Positions 36,951 to 49,150 of a stretch of DNA of 64,000 nucleotides are shown piece by piece; position 1 is the first letter of the stretch; each line of letters starts with the position of its first letter. The stretch is from Lama glama. Its lineage: Eukaryota. The translations under genes and the position numbers were made by a program. The stretch covers positions 33,420,001 through 33,484,000 of the forward strand of contig CM052817.1 in the NCBI GenBank assembly GCA_028534125.1, given 5' to 3'. A model generated the notes under the pieces. It was not told the origin of the DNA, did no database searches, and worked only from the letters and a program-made list of their open reading frames with translations.

Positions 36951-37852
36951 TCTTTAAAGCATTTAATATTCATGACAAACGGGTGAGGTTGGAATGATGG
37001 GTCTTCCCTTCTTAGCAGTGAAAAGGCTGAGCATCCGAGCAGTTAAGTGAGGGAACTAGACCCACCTGGACCCACTCTGCCTACAAAGCTGGAGAAGAGT
37101 TGCTTGGACCATCTCCTGTCTCATTTGTGGAGTTGAGGGGGAGGGGAGGGAGGGACAAGGAGACGAGTAAGATGTGCTTTCAGGAGAGGGGACAGCTGCT
37201 TTCCAGGTCACTGCCTTTCCACGCCCACTGTGGAGGAAGACTCCTCCTGCCCAGCCTGAGGTGGCCAGTGAAGTAGGGAGGGACAAAGGCGGAGGGGCGT
37301 CCTGGGAGCCTTGACAAGAGAGCTCTCCAAGGGGAGAGTCAGTACCGGTGTGGGCTGCTGCCCACCACCTGGTTTCTGGAGGGTTAGCTCAGAGGGTTGG
37401 CCAGCGAGGAAACCCAGGGAGACCCTGCCAGTTGGTCAAGAGTTTCTAACTGTTTGTATTAACATATTACAAAGACCATGTATATGCTATCATTTTTTTA
37501 GATAAAACACTTGCATGTGAAGGCCATGTTCATCCCCATTAAAAGCATTTCTAATTCCATTTATGGCAGAAAATAGAGCAGCACCTTGTAATGAATGTTC
37601 TGCAAAAGAAGATCATGGCTCCAGGGCCCTCCTCCTTTGGAACAAGTTGGTGACCTTGGACAGTGACTCAGTGGGAGCCAGACATCTGCCTGAGGGAAGA
37701 GGCTCAGGCCAACTGGTCTCTGCCTCTCACATGAAAAGAGGCGCAGCACCCGCCAGTAGCTCTCCAGAACCAGAAATCAGGATGTGAAGGCCTCACAGGA
37801 ACCCATGTTGGTGAGACAGCCGCCGGTATGGAGGATTCAAAGCCAGGGCAGC

Positions 37853-38352
37853 NNNNNNNNNNNNNNNNNNNNNNNNNNNNNNNNNNNNNNNNNNNNNNNN
37901 NNNNNNNNNNNNNNNNNNNNNNNNNNNNNNNNNNNNNNNNNNNNNNNNNNNNNNNNNNNNNNNNNNNNNNNNNNNNNNNNNNNNNNNNNNNNNNNNNNNN
38001 NNNNNNNNNNNNNNNNNNNNNNNNNNNNNNNNNNNNNNNNNNNNNNNNNNNNNNNNNNNNNNNNNNNNNNNNNNNNNNNNNNNNNNNNNNNNNNNNNNNN
38101 NNNNNNNNNNNNNNNNNNNNNNNNNNNNNNNNNNNNNNNNNNNNNNNNNNNNNNNNNNNNNNNNNNNNNNNNNNNNNNNNNNNNNNNNNNNNNNNNNNNN
38201 NNNNNNNNNNNNNNNNNNNNNNNNNNNNNNNNNNNNNNNNNNNNNNNNNNNNNNNNNNNNNNNNNNNNNNNNNNNNNNNNNNNNNNNNNNNNNNNNNNNN
38301 NNNNNNNNNNNNNNNNNNNNNNNNNNNNNNNNNNNNNNNNNNNNNNNNNNNN
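37853..38352. other. Assembly gap, exactly 500 N
   Basis: Run of N counted from the sequence. Confidence 1.
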
Positions 38353-38690
38353 AAAAAAAACTGAAACTGACAAAGATACAGGGACACACAGGCTCATATT
38401 CTGTTGGCAGGAACTTGAACTGTTGCACAATTTTGGAAATGAATCTGGTAGTATCTTTTAAAATTAAAAACATACATTTTCTTTCAGCCAGCATTTTCAG
38501 TTCTGGAAATCTATCTGCTAAAGATAAACCTACCCAGTATATAAGGATATATGCGTAACATTCATACTATTGTGTATTAAGCATCAATGTCAAAAGAAAG
38601 AGTTAGATCTGCATCTGTTGATCTAAATAAATGTCTGCAGTCATTTATTAGGTTAGAAAAACAAGAGGGGGAAAAATAGACACAGTATGA
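38353..38690 (+). mobile_element. Decayed L1ME-type fragment
   Basis: acaattttggaaatgaatctggtagtatc..aaaattaaaaacatacattttctttcagccagcattttcagttctggaaatctatc. Confidence 0.65.
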
Positions 38691-38794
38691 GGAGGGGGGA
38701 GAGGGAGATGGAGGGGAAAGATTGGGTGAAATGAAAATTTGAGGAAAATATTATCATCTAAAGCCAAAATGTAGACTAGATAATAGAAAATACC

Positions 38795-38930
38795 CCCTTG
38801 GTTTCCTCATGTGTAAAGAGATGTGATAATAGTACCTGTCTCAGAGGGTTACTGTAAGAATTGAATGAATTAATGTATTTACAGGCTTAGGACAGAGCCT
38901 GGCACATACTAGTAGTAAGTGAGTGCTTTT
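38795..38930 (+). mobile_element. MIR SINE 3' half
   Basis: cttggtttcctcatgtgtaaagagatgtgataatagtacctgtctcagagggttactgtaagaattgaatgaattaatg..gcctggcacatac. Confidence 0.88.
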
Positions 38931-40099
38931 GTCACTTTGAATTCTATCTATACTGTTATTACAAAGATGCACATATTAAATGCTTATAAAGATATACATG
39001 ATAGAAGATAATATGGACACATGAATCATTGATTAGATGATGGGGTCGTCAGCCACCCTTTCTGGAAGTTTTTTTTAATGCTGCTTTTGCCATAACATGT
39101 GTGGGATGGGGAGAATAGGGAGACTGGCTTCAAGTCTCCTTACTTGAAGGCAGAACTACATCTCTCCTGTTAAGACGAACAGGCATGTCTTCCTGTCCTG
39201 TACTTTATGACCGTTTCTACTTATCAGCATCAAATAACTGCCTTATGTGTTATATTCCACAGTTTAATCCATTTCCTTTGACTACAGTGACCGTCTATTT
39301 AGAATTCAACATGGAAACACTTTTTATAACAAAGGACTTTTGAAAACTCTTGTAAAAAGGCATAAAAGTTAAATCGCACTTATTTATACTTTTAATAAAT
39401 AAATTTTATTGAAAAGAATTACTTTCATGAAATCAGAACTGTGCTGGACAGTCAAGATAAAGAATAACCATCTGTCTGGGCAAACCCTCCTTGGAGCACA
39501 CATCCTCTTGTCTCAGTGGAAGCACTCAGTTTTCCACTTTTCATAAATCTCAATATATTTGAGGACACCCTTCAACTTTATCTGTTTTAAATAGAGTGGC
39601 CACATTCTGCTGGATATCACCCAGTCTCTCCAGAGACCAGCCAAGAACATAAAACTTGGAAAAGAGCCTGGCGGATGCCAAGTCCAGAGAAGGATCATTT
39701 CCTGAGGCTTGTGTGTTGTGTTCCTATTAACACAAATCACTGTCTCCATCTCAGTGGAGAGCCCAAACCCATCTGATCCTCTCTGAAGACTCCTCCAAGT
39801 CTGAAAAGCAGAAGGCACTAAAGAGTTAAGAGTATTTCTTTGCTGGTGGAAGAGCTGACTCTAGGACCAGAAAGGTTAAATTATAAATCTTTGGCAACAC
39901 AGTTTTCTCTACGTCATTGTCCTCTGGGACTAGATGAGAAACAGCTGGATGTGTGGATAGAAAAACCACTGGAAAAACTCACGTTGGTTAGCAGCGCTTT
40001 TCCCAAACCTTCACGTGGCCGATTCCTTGTCACTCTATTTGCAGCTCCATTGTCACCACCTTGGGGTCTCTTTTCCTGACACTCAACCCCATACCTCCT

Positions 40100-40307
40100 C
40101 TTAAACATGTCACCCTCTTTTTTTAAGGCACTTATCACTACCAGGAATTATCTTATTTGTTTATTATCTCTCTTCCCACCACAATGTGGAGAACAGAGGT
40201 CTGGTCTGGCTTTTCCCTGCAGTATCCCCAGTGCCTGAAACAGTGCCGGTGCATAGTAGGTACTCAACGTTTAAATATTTGTTAAATGAATTGAATGTGA
40301 ATGAATC
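40100..40307 (+). mobile_element. L2 LINE 3' end
   Basis: gcagtatccccagtgcctgaaacagtgccggtgcatagtaggtactcaac..aaatatttgttaaatgaattgaatg. Confidence 0.88.
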
Positions 40308-41647
40308 ACCATCGTGCTTTTCTACTTCTGTATTCCTCCCAACTTTTCTCTAATGAGCATGGATTTCACTGATGATAATCATAGCAATGTTTATCCTTTT
40401 AAAAGAAAACATCAGCCTACCTGAAATTCAAATGCCATTTTAAATATTTGGGAAAGCCAATGAGTGTAGGCTCCCACGGGTTCTGGAAGATGGGGGCTTT
40501 GTCTTCCTCATTTTTGCATCCTCAACATCCCACGCAGAGCCCGGCCCAGGGCAGACACTCAGCGAACAGATGGCTCTACACTGATCATGTACCCGATGCT
40601 ATGCTAGCTGTTTTCCTATTCAGGATCCATCCCACCAAAGCATCACGACAGTCCTATGAAGCCGGACTGCGATCTACATTTCACAGGCGAAGACACTGAG
40701 GCTCAGCCCCTTCAAGCTTAACAACTTCCTAGTCAGAGGCAGAGCTAGTGTCTGAGTCCAGACCCGTGTGGCACACAAGTCCCCTAACTGCGGTGCCCAA
40801 TTTCCATAAGACCAAGCCACTCAACAAAAGTTTTCTCTCTTCGGAGAAGTATAATCAACGATGTTCTTCTCCTATAATCTACATGCTCTAATTTTAGCCC
40901 GCCTGCCATTATGTCCAGGACACAGGAAGGCACAGAGCAGGTGTTTGATGAATACCTGTTAGTTGGTGGTGGTTTGGTTAGGAGGGAGGGCTTCTCTGAA
41001 GACCATCAAAGAGAGAAAGGCCAACAGTCCTTCGCCTGATGAGGTAGACGACCCTGGCACTGTGGACTCAGAGAATCAGCTTCCTGCCTCTGTGACAAAT
41101 GCTCCCCACATCTTAGAATGCCTTTCCCTGACAAGTGGGCATCCTACCATATGTCTAGACATGTCAGCATTTCTAACATTAGTACTCCCTAAAAGAGATA
41201 CAGCCCCTGGATGGGTTGACACTGAGTTTCTGGGGAGAGAATGGGAAGTGAAGGGACAGAGAAATACTGGCATCTGGGGTGAAAACTCCCTGTCTCCCAT
41301 ATCCGGTTCCAAAGGAGTACACTTTTAAGACCAGTCTCCAAACGTCCCTGGCTGCATTTGCTTGCATCCGAGATAGGATGGATGTGCGGGAAGAGAGGGG
41401 CGGTTAATAAACTTATCTCTTTGATGCCTGTGAAAACTACAGGCTCACTTTTCTTGGAAAAGGTGTGTCATTTGAAGTGGTGTGGAAATTCATTATTCAA
41501 CCACTTGTTTTCTTTGCAGGTCTGAGCTGGGAGAGTATCTGTTTTATTTAATTTCTGTAGAGCCAGCACTGCCTCAGTGCCTGGGCCCACTGGAGCCGTG
41601 TGATCGTATTTGTTCATTTATGCATTTGATAAACACTCATTGACTGC

Positions 41648-41993
41648 AGATCAACAGTCCTTTCTTTGCAATTCCAAACTCCAAAAACACTCTGAAAACC
41701 AAAATATTTTCTACAAGGTGATAGCAAGTTCATTGTATGGAGACTTCTGACCTAAACAAACATAAGGCTATCTAAAGGCTTTTTTTCATGTCCCTTAATG
41801 CATATATTCATTTATTCTGCATGTCACACTACAGATATGCAAATATGTCTGATGACAGGATAACTGTTCCAGATTGGGGGGGGGGGGTTACCTAATTTAG
41901 TGAGATGGACCCCATGATCTTTCTAAAATGCAAAAATTCCGAACTCCTGAAACACTTGGACCCCACAGGTTTCAGATAAGGGGTTTGGGATGT
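41648..41993. mobile_element. Tigger-family MITE, MER46C-like
   Basis: Left end tttgcaattccaaactccaaaaacactctgaaaacc; right end aaacacttggaccccacaggtttcagataaggggtttggga. Confidence 0.7.
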
Positions 41994-42481
41994 GCTTCTG
42001 CTTGGATGCATATCAGGCATTGTTGCAGGGGCTGCAAATGCCATGGTGGGTAGAATAAAATCAAGGTTCTCACTCTCGTGGAGTTTACTTTCCAGCTAGC
42101 CAGGCAATAACAAGGAAACAAATAAGGTCACTTCTGAGGGAGATAAGTTTTCTGAAGAAACTCTGTCGGAAGAATGGGCTATAAATGTGATGGAGCATCA
42201 GGGAACTCCTCACTAAGGAGATGTAAATGAAGAGAGGGAAGTAGTCATGAGATCTGATCAGATACCAGCATGGGTTCATTCTCAGCATAGAGACCAACAG
42301 GCCATGCCTCTTCCTACCTCAGGACCTTTGCGTCTGCTCTCTCTTCCACCAGGAATAAGTGAGTCACTTAACTTTCTTGAAAAACTTTCGGTTTTCTCCC
42401 TAGTGTTTTGCTCAGGATTGCACATATCTATAAAGTGGCAGGGCTGAGATGAGAATCAAGCCTTTATGATTGAAAGTCACA

Positions 42482-42621
42482 AGATCTTGTAGTAGCTTAT
42501 GGTGAAAAAGAATATGAAAATGAATATATGTATATTCATATATGACTGAAAAATTGTGCTGTACACCAAAAATTGATACAACATTGTAAACTGACTATAC
42601 CTCAATAAAATTAAAAAAAAA
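42482..42621 (+). mobile_element. Short young LINE-1 3' end inserted in a MIR
   Basis: gtgaaaaagaatatgaaaatgaatatatgtatattcatatatgactgaaaaattgtgctgtacacc..aaactgactatacctcaataaaattaaaaaaaaa; near-TSD aagtcaca (42474-42481) / aagtcata (42623-42630). Confidence 0.9.
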
Positions 42622-43072
42622 GAAGTCATATTTGCAGCCACCTCAAGAGAATGGAGAAGGGAAACACCCACCTTGAGAGGAGGTTTGGAGGACTAGGGGG
42701 AAATTCTGTATCAACTGTCAGGAACTATCACAATAGCTGATATCACAGTACAGAGATGATAATCTCTTCTCCTGATAATGAAGACTCAGACCCCAGCAGC
42801 ATCTCCCTGAGCTGGAATGTGGACCATCCCACAGAAAGTCTGGGCCTGGCTGGTGGGTCTGCTGAATTGCTACTTCCAAGTCCTTCTTTCCTTCCGTGTG
42901 GAGCTTGAGTCTCCATGGATAGTGGGCACCCCAGGAAACCCTCAGCATTGTTTCTGCAGTGACAGTGGCGCCAATACAAAACACTCCTTCCTGGGAACTG
43001 GCACCCGACTCACCCTAGACCAGGTCTCCCCAGCCAAACGGGTTGCTAGTGAGGGTCCAGTCTTAAATTGTT

Positions 43073-43726
43073 TGGAGACAGGAGGGAAGGGGGCAGGGCA
43101 CAGCCACTCATGGAATGACAGCAATTTAACACCAAAATGGTGGAAGATTCACCAAAATGGTGGAAGATTCATCTCCTAGTTGGCCTTGAGGATTAAGAGG
43201 TTTAACTTCTAGTAGACCTTGAGCTTCATTATATGCTTATTGTAACAGCGTGGTAAATAACACGCCCGCAGGCACCATGACAGCCCCAAGGATAACTGCA
43301 AAAGGCCAAAGAGTGGGCGGTGGCCCAATTCATGGGAATCCCAGCCCCTTCCCCAGGGCAGTTGCAATGGTCCCACTTGTAGGCATGTGAAGCTACTGAG
43401 CCCATAAAAACTGACAACACCACGCCTGGCAGCCCTTTTTCGCTCCCTCCTCCTCAGAGACGGCCCACACTCTGTGGAGTGTGTACCTACTTTTACTTTA
43501 ACTTGAGCACCCAATTCCCACACCTCTTGCCTTGCCTTTCTGTTGCCTTACACCCTATGCAGTATGTATCTCTCTAAATAAACCTACCTTTGCTCAACTG
43601 TGGCTTGCACTTGAGTTCTTTCCTGCGCAAAGCCAGGGACCCATACCTGGTGGGGCACATCCCAGGGGCTCAACCGAGACCTGGGACACGGCCCTCCTCA
43701 CGCCCCACATCCGTTTTCCTGCATCA
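43073..43726 (+). mobile_element. ERV1-like solo LTR, probably lineage-specific
   Basis: TG..CA ends (tggagacagg..cctgcatca), TATA-like cataaaaa 43403-43410, AATAAA 43577-43582, U5-like cttgagttctttcctgcgcaaagccagggaccca; gttt on both flanks. Confidence 0.85.
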
Positions 43727-46700
43727 GTTTTGTTGTTATTATTGCTGTTATTGCTGCTTTTCCCTTGGTCTCCTTGCTTCAGAGAAGTTAAAGGCTGCTA
43801 TAGGGGCAATGTTTCCTCGTGGAACTAATGCGCCTTTGTTGTGGACTGGCTCTGTGGGTGGAGGCCTGCCATGAGCTGGTGATAAAAAAGGGCGAAGGCC
43901 AGGCGGGATACAGAAGAGCATGACCAATCACCAAGGAGGGGTTTATGGGCTTGTACATTTTATTGTGCCATAACATCCCTCTTTTCAGCTTTAGATGTCA
44001 GCAGCTGGTGACAAGCTTAATGGCTGATGAGTCGAGGAGACAGCCACAGGTCCCACAGCTCAGCTCTCCCCCAAACCGGCATGGGTCACCCTTCCTTGGC
44101 TGGCTTCTCGAACCCAAGTGAACAAATCAGAGAACATCAGGTGAGCCTGGAGAATAACATCCAAGGGGAGCCGTCAGGTTCCTCTTGGCTGAGTCAGACT
44201 TTTTCTCCCCCATTTCAAAGATCTATTGGTCTGACTAAGAGAAGAGAGGGTTTATAGAATAATGGGAACTGTATGGAAGAATGGCAGAAACATTCACGTC
44301 TCCTCCTTTATCTTCTATCATTTTTGCATCAGCTTCTGCTAAGGTAGAAATTGTATGTCCAATTATTCCAGCACCTTCACTATCTTTTATAAGACCTTTA
44401 AAAATTAACACACTCACTTGTGCACCTAGAAAGGACTTGTCAATGTCTCTTCTGTGCTTCTGTCCACTCTTACTGATATGCTTAGTACTTGCACTCTGAT
44501 GAGTTTAGAAATGTCTCAGGAGGGTAGTTACCGTTTATGAAAGGACTCCACAGTTTACAAAACACTTTCACACACATTGACTTCTGGAAGGCTCCGAAAT
44601 ATACGAATACCCTTGTACACAGCCTTCCTTAGTTAGCAAAATCGTCATGGGGCCCTCCCTTCAAATGATTGCCTTTCGCACACTTTTTCTGTCTTTGTTG
44701 ACTTAAATTCAAAGTCAAACTAGCAAATCTGTTTTGTCAGATGGGAAACTTGCTGCTAATCGTTCAGCGAGGCTCTGTGCACAGCTCACTGCGTGCACTG
44801 CCCAGATGACTTGCTGTCTTCCTGAGAAGTTAGCAGCACTGCTATCATTTATTTATTTAATACTGCAGTGCCTTAAGCCAGTCTGCAGAAAATGTCCTTG
44901 AAACACTGGGACCTCAGGGCCAGGAGGGATTCCTAGACTAGCTCTAAATCAACCCATTCAGGTTAAAGGGTCATTACACTTCCTAGGTGCCTGCTGGCCC
45001 CTTACTTTGGACTATCAGGCAGGGCTGGGAGCCCAACCCTGCTGCTTCATTGCAGCGGGCGGCAGCTGCAAGGGAAATACGGTAACTCACCGGTCTACAG
45101 CAGCACTACCGGGAAGAGCCCCTGGGAATGCAGCCTTTAGGACAACTATTAGCAAGCATGTGGCAGCCTTGCCCTGCTGGGGCTGCTGGTGATTGAAATG
45201 TGTTCAAACTGTGGTCAGAGAAGAAACGGGGCGGGGGCGGGGGGATGAAAAGAGGAGAGAAAAGTCTTTAATCACCATGCTCACTCTTCTCTTGAATATC
45301 TTCCCGGACAGTTTGCCAAACACCAGCCTGTTACTCGAACAAGGGAAAATAACATTCTTTAGTTTCTGTTTCCAGTTTGCTTCATAAATTAACACTGTAA
45401 ACTGGCTTTTCTCCTAATCTTATCCCCAGGCTCATCTCTCCTGCCAAATGATCCGGTCCATGAGAAAGATTTCTGACAAACAGAGTGCTATATAAATGCA
45501 AACACTTAGTATTTCATCCTCATTCCAATAAAGAAACTTTACAAGGATCCTATAAAAGAAACATCCCCTTAGCTTTTGAGGCAAATGTACATTTTCTTGT
45601 TAATAAACAGACATTTCTTCTAGCCTGCCTACGTTGGACACAAGGACTAAGAATTCGTTATTTCCTAAGGAAAGTGTATAAACCCAACCCTGCTTTTCTC
45701 TCAAGTAGCACTCATTCAAACGATGTACTTTATAATCGATCCCCAGGGACTTTAGAATTTTATGTAATTTGTTCCTTTACTTTTTCATCATTGGACTGTT
45801 TTTTCAGAATAAATTTTTTTGGTGTCAGTATTTCCAAAATATTTCAACACATTAACCATTCCTTACCAGGCTACTGTAGACATCCACACAATTAAGTTAC
45901 TAAAGATCTGAATTTCTGATTCCAGTTCCGTGTATCTGAATGGAAGCCCTCGTATACATGAAGCACCACCCGGCTTGTATCTGGCTGGTTCTAGACACAG
46001 GGGCATAAGCCAATGCAAATGCTTCCTCAAAGGCACTTAGCAGAAAGGAAACAACGAAACAGATCTGCTTCCTGACTTTGTTCTTTGATGGATATTTTCC
46101 TACTCTTAAATATACTTTACCCCTGATAATTTAGAGATCTGCCGTTGGTGAGAGGATATCATGGATTAGAAGAGTTCTGACATTCCTTTTGTCAAGGTAA
46201 CATCCCAGGCTTGATGAGATAGAAATTGGCAAGAGCATTTTTATGGGGCTTTTCGAAAAGTAACGGGAATGGAAAAAGTTCCCTGGGGCCGCTTCCCTAA
46301 CTGCTCCATTTGTCCTGATAATGACTTTATCTCACCATGTTTTCCAAACCACCAGTCAAAGAACAAATTCCCTGAAAAGCAGAAAGGAGCTGAATATCTG
46401 TGCCCAGAACTGTCCTGGGAAAGGAAGGACCCAAAGTTGCTAAAACTCGGGCAAAAATTTAACAACAAAGTGATGGGCTGCAGAGTGCAAACTCGATTCC
46501 CTTGAACAGGAATCCGCAATTACATCTGCCCTTCCCCATTGTGACACATCTTCCCTGTGCACCTTGATGTCTGGTTGCATACACAGAAGATGCACAGACA
46601 CAGTAGGTGATTAAATGATACACTGAAGCCTTGGCAATATGACTTTTAAAGCTTTCAAACCAAATTAAATAATTTGCATTTGGGCACAGAGCCAAGAGGA

Positions 46701-48189
46701 CTCTAAGCTGTCCTCCCAGGGAGTGAACCCTGCACTCCGTCTTCACCCGGTGCACTCTGCAGCCCTGCCAAATACATACGAACTCCTGCAAGAAAGAACT
46801 GTAAAGTGTGATTTGAGTCAACCGAGAGAGGAGGTCATATTATTAATTTTTAATTTCTGCATATGCCTATGAAAAATGTATAAGTTGTTCCACAAACAAA
46901 AGTGCACTTCCTTGCTAGTACTGCTCCAATCAGATCAAGCACAATGGCAACACATTTGGTCCAGAAAGTCTTTTGCTTCCTAGCTGCCCCAGCACACTTA
47001 CAAAAACATCATAACCAAATTATTTGAGACCTTCTCAAGCCACTCAGACAAAGCTGTCTCTTCCAAATGAAGGGTTATCCAAGGGGAGAGGGGCTCTTGC
47101 TCTGTTTCTGCTGACACGTCACTTTCTGCCTGGGTTTTATCTTTAGCTCCCTGGTAATCCAGACGGAGCAGGGAAACCTCAAACAATAGAGCCTCTTTTT
47201 TGCTTTCCACCCACTTTTTTTTTTTCGGTCAGCACAGACCAACCATCATTAAATGGGGTTTGGTGCAAAGCGGCGGCCTTGGATAAGCTAAAATGTTGGT
47301 GACACCAAAATAAAGATGTTCCACACTGCTGAAACCTCCGAGTCATGCAGAGAACGACTCAAATGGAATTTACTCAGCCTGACTTTAACTCTTGTCTGCC
47401 GGACACACACTCATCTAGAAGAATAGGCAGAAACCCCGGGTGGACAAAAGAGGGCAGTGTTCGCTGTCTTTCCTTCGGGCTCTTCGCTCTTTATCGACAA
47501 GAGACTGAGCCAAGAGAAAACTATGCCCAGCATTTCATAACACAGGAAGTGGGGAAGTAGATTAGATATTGGATTCTGCAGTCACCACAAAATCAGCAGT
47601 GCGCTTGGAAAAGGCACTTTTCTTCCCCTCTATGAAAGCTTAACCCATGGGGAGTTTTCTGGTTTTGTTTTTTATTTAGATGGACTAAGCTTCTGATTGA
47701 AAATAAAGCAAGATTTAATCTTTTTCAAACTCTCACGTCTGCTAAAGCCTCAGTGAGTTCAAACCCTTCCTCATGCAGACGAGGACCAGGTCTGCACATT
47801 TATCACTCGCTTCCCTTTGTGCTCAGAATTTATTATCAGCATATGGGGAAAGGGAATCAGATTTTCCCCTTGGAGGTACTTAGGGAATTTTCAGTCATTT
47901 CAAAATAAGATCCATGTATGCCCTGTGCCTGAAGAAATGAGTTCCTAACAAGTGAATCCTGTCTCCTTCCCAGGGTGGCATCATATTGGGTTGGATGAGA
48001 TTCACATGTTGGGGAAGGAGAGTTTCCACAGACACGTCATTTTACCCAATAAAGGATGATAATCTGAGCATTCAAAGGTGCACATTTCCCCAACATAGCT
48101 ACCAATTTTTAACTATATATATCTACTGTCTTCTCTTTTGATAGGGAAGTACTCTTTAATTCTAGATTAATTTCCTCCTTTCCACACAT

Positions 48190-49150
48190 ATCTTTGAGCT
48201 CCTGATGGGTATTAGGCTCTGTGCTGGATGCACGAAGGTGAAAAGGACACTGTTCTAGCCTTTAAGCATCAAGTAAGAAGAATCAGACAAGGCTATAAAC
48301 TATCTTGATATCAAGCAGAATGGAGTTCACTTGGAAGGAAAATACAAACAGCAAAAGGAGAGGTTGTAGTCCTCTGGAGTGAAGAGCTAAAGGGAAACCT
48401 CCTTTATAAATAAAAGGCCCTTTGCATTGGACCCTGATGAATAGGTAGGTTTCCAAAGGTAGATGGATAGAAGGTCAGAGAAGAGAATCTCAGGCAGGAG
48501 CAAAGGCAAGGATGCAGAAGAGGGTGGGGCCAATCCCCAAGCAGCCAATGGCCCATTGCTTATACTTTTAGGAGGAGGAAATAAAAGAAGAGGCTGGAGA
48601 TGTTAAGTGAAGCCACACTATGGAGAACTTCCACATCAGGCCAGTGCATTTGATTCCAAAAGGCAATGATAGGAAACCATTGGAGGTTTGAGGCAAGCAG
48701 ACCCATGATTGGAGCTAATTTTAGGAAACTCAGTCGGTCATGGAGAAGTACAGCAGGTTCAAGGAGGGGGGCAGAAAGTGAGGAGACCAGTTAAGGCACC
48801 TTTACTGCAAACATAGATGGGATGAAATGCGGCAGTGGCCAGCACAGAGGAAAGAAATGGTCTTAATGGTTTGGCATCTAAGTAAATGTTGAGGGGTGAA
48901 GGTGGGGCAGCAGGCAGTGCGACAGAGTGAGTTTGAGGGGAAAGAGTCATTAGTAGAGGCACAAAAGGAAGGAGAAGAAGCTGGTCTGGGGAAGAAGACT
49001 GGGGTTTGGGCCTGGGTGTGCTGACTTGGAGAGTCCCACAAAACATCAATATCAAGATGCCCAAGGGATGGCTGAAAACCAGCCACGGTGCTCAGAGACG
49101 GGTGAAAAGAAGGGCATATTTCAAATTGAGGTAAACCTGGGTGATACCTC
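48190..49150 (-). mobile_element. L2 LINE, about 1 kb decayed fragment
   Basis: ggcaatgataggaaaccattggaggtttgag..aggagaccagttaaggc..gctcagagacgggtgaaaag; antisense L2 3' region. Confidence 0.8.

Noticed and set aside
44235..44417. Protein-like 60-aa minus-strand ORF (AEADAKMIEDKGGDVNV)
   Set aside because: Superficial ankyrin-like look only; no exon boundaries or family match I can support. tblastx would settle it.
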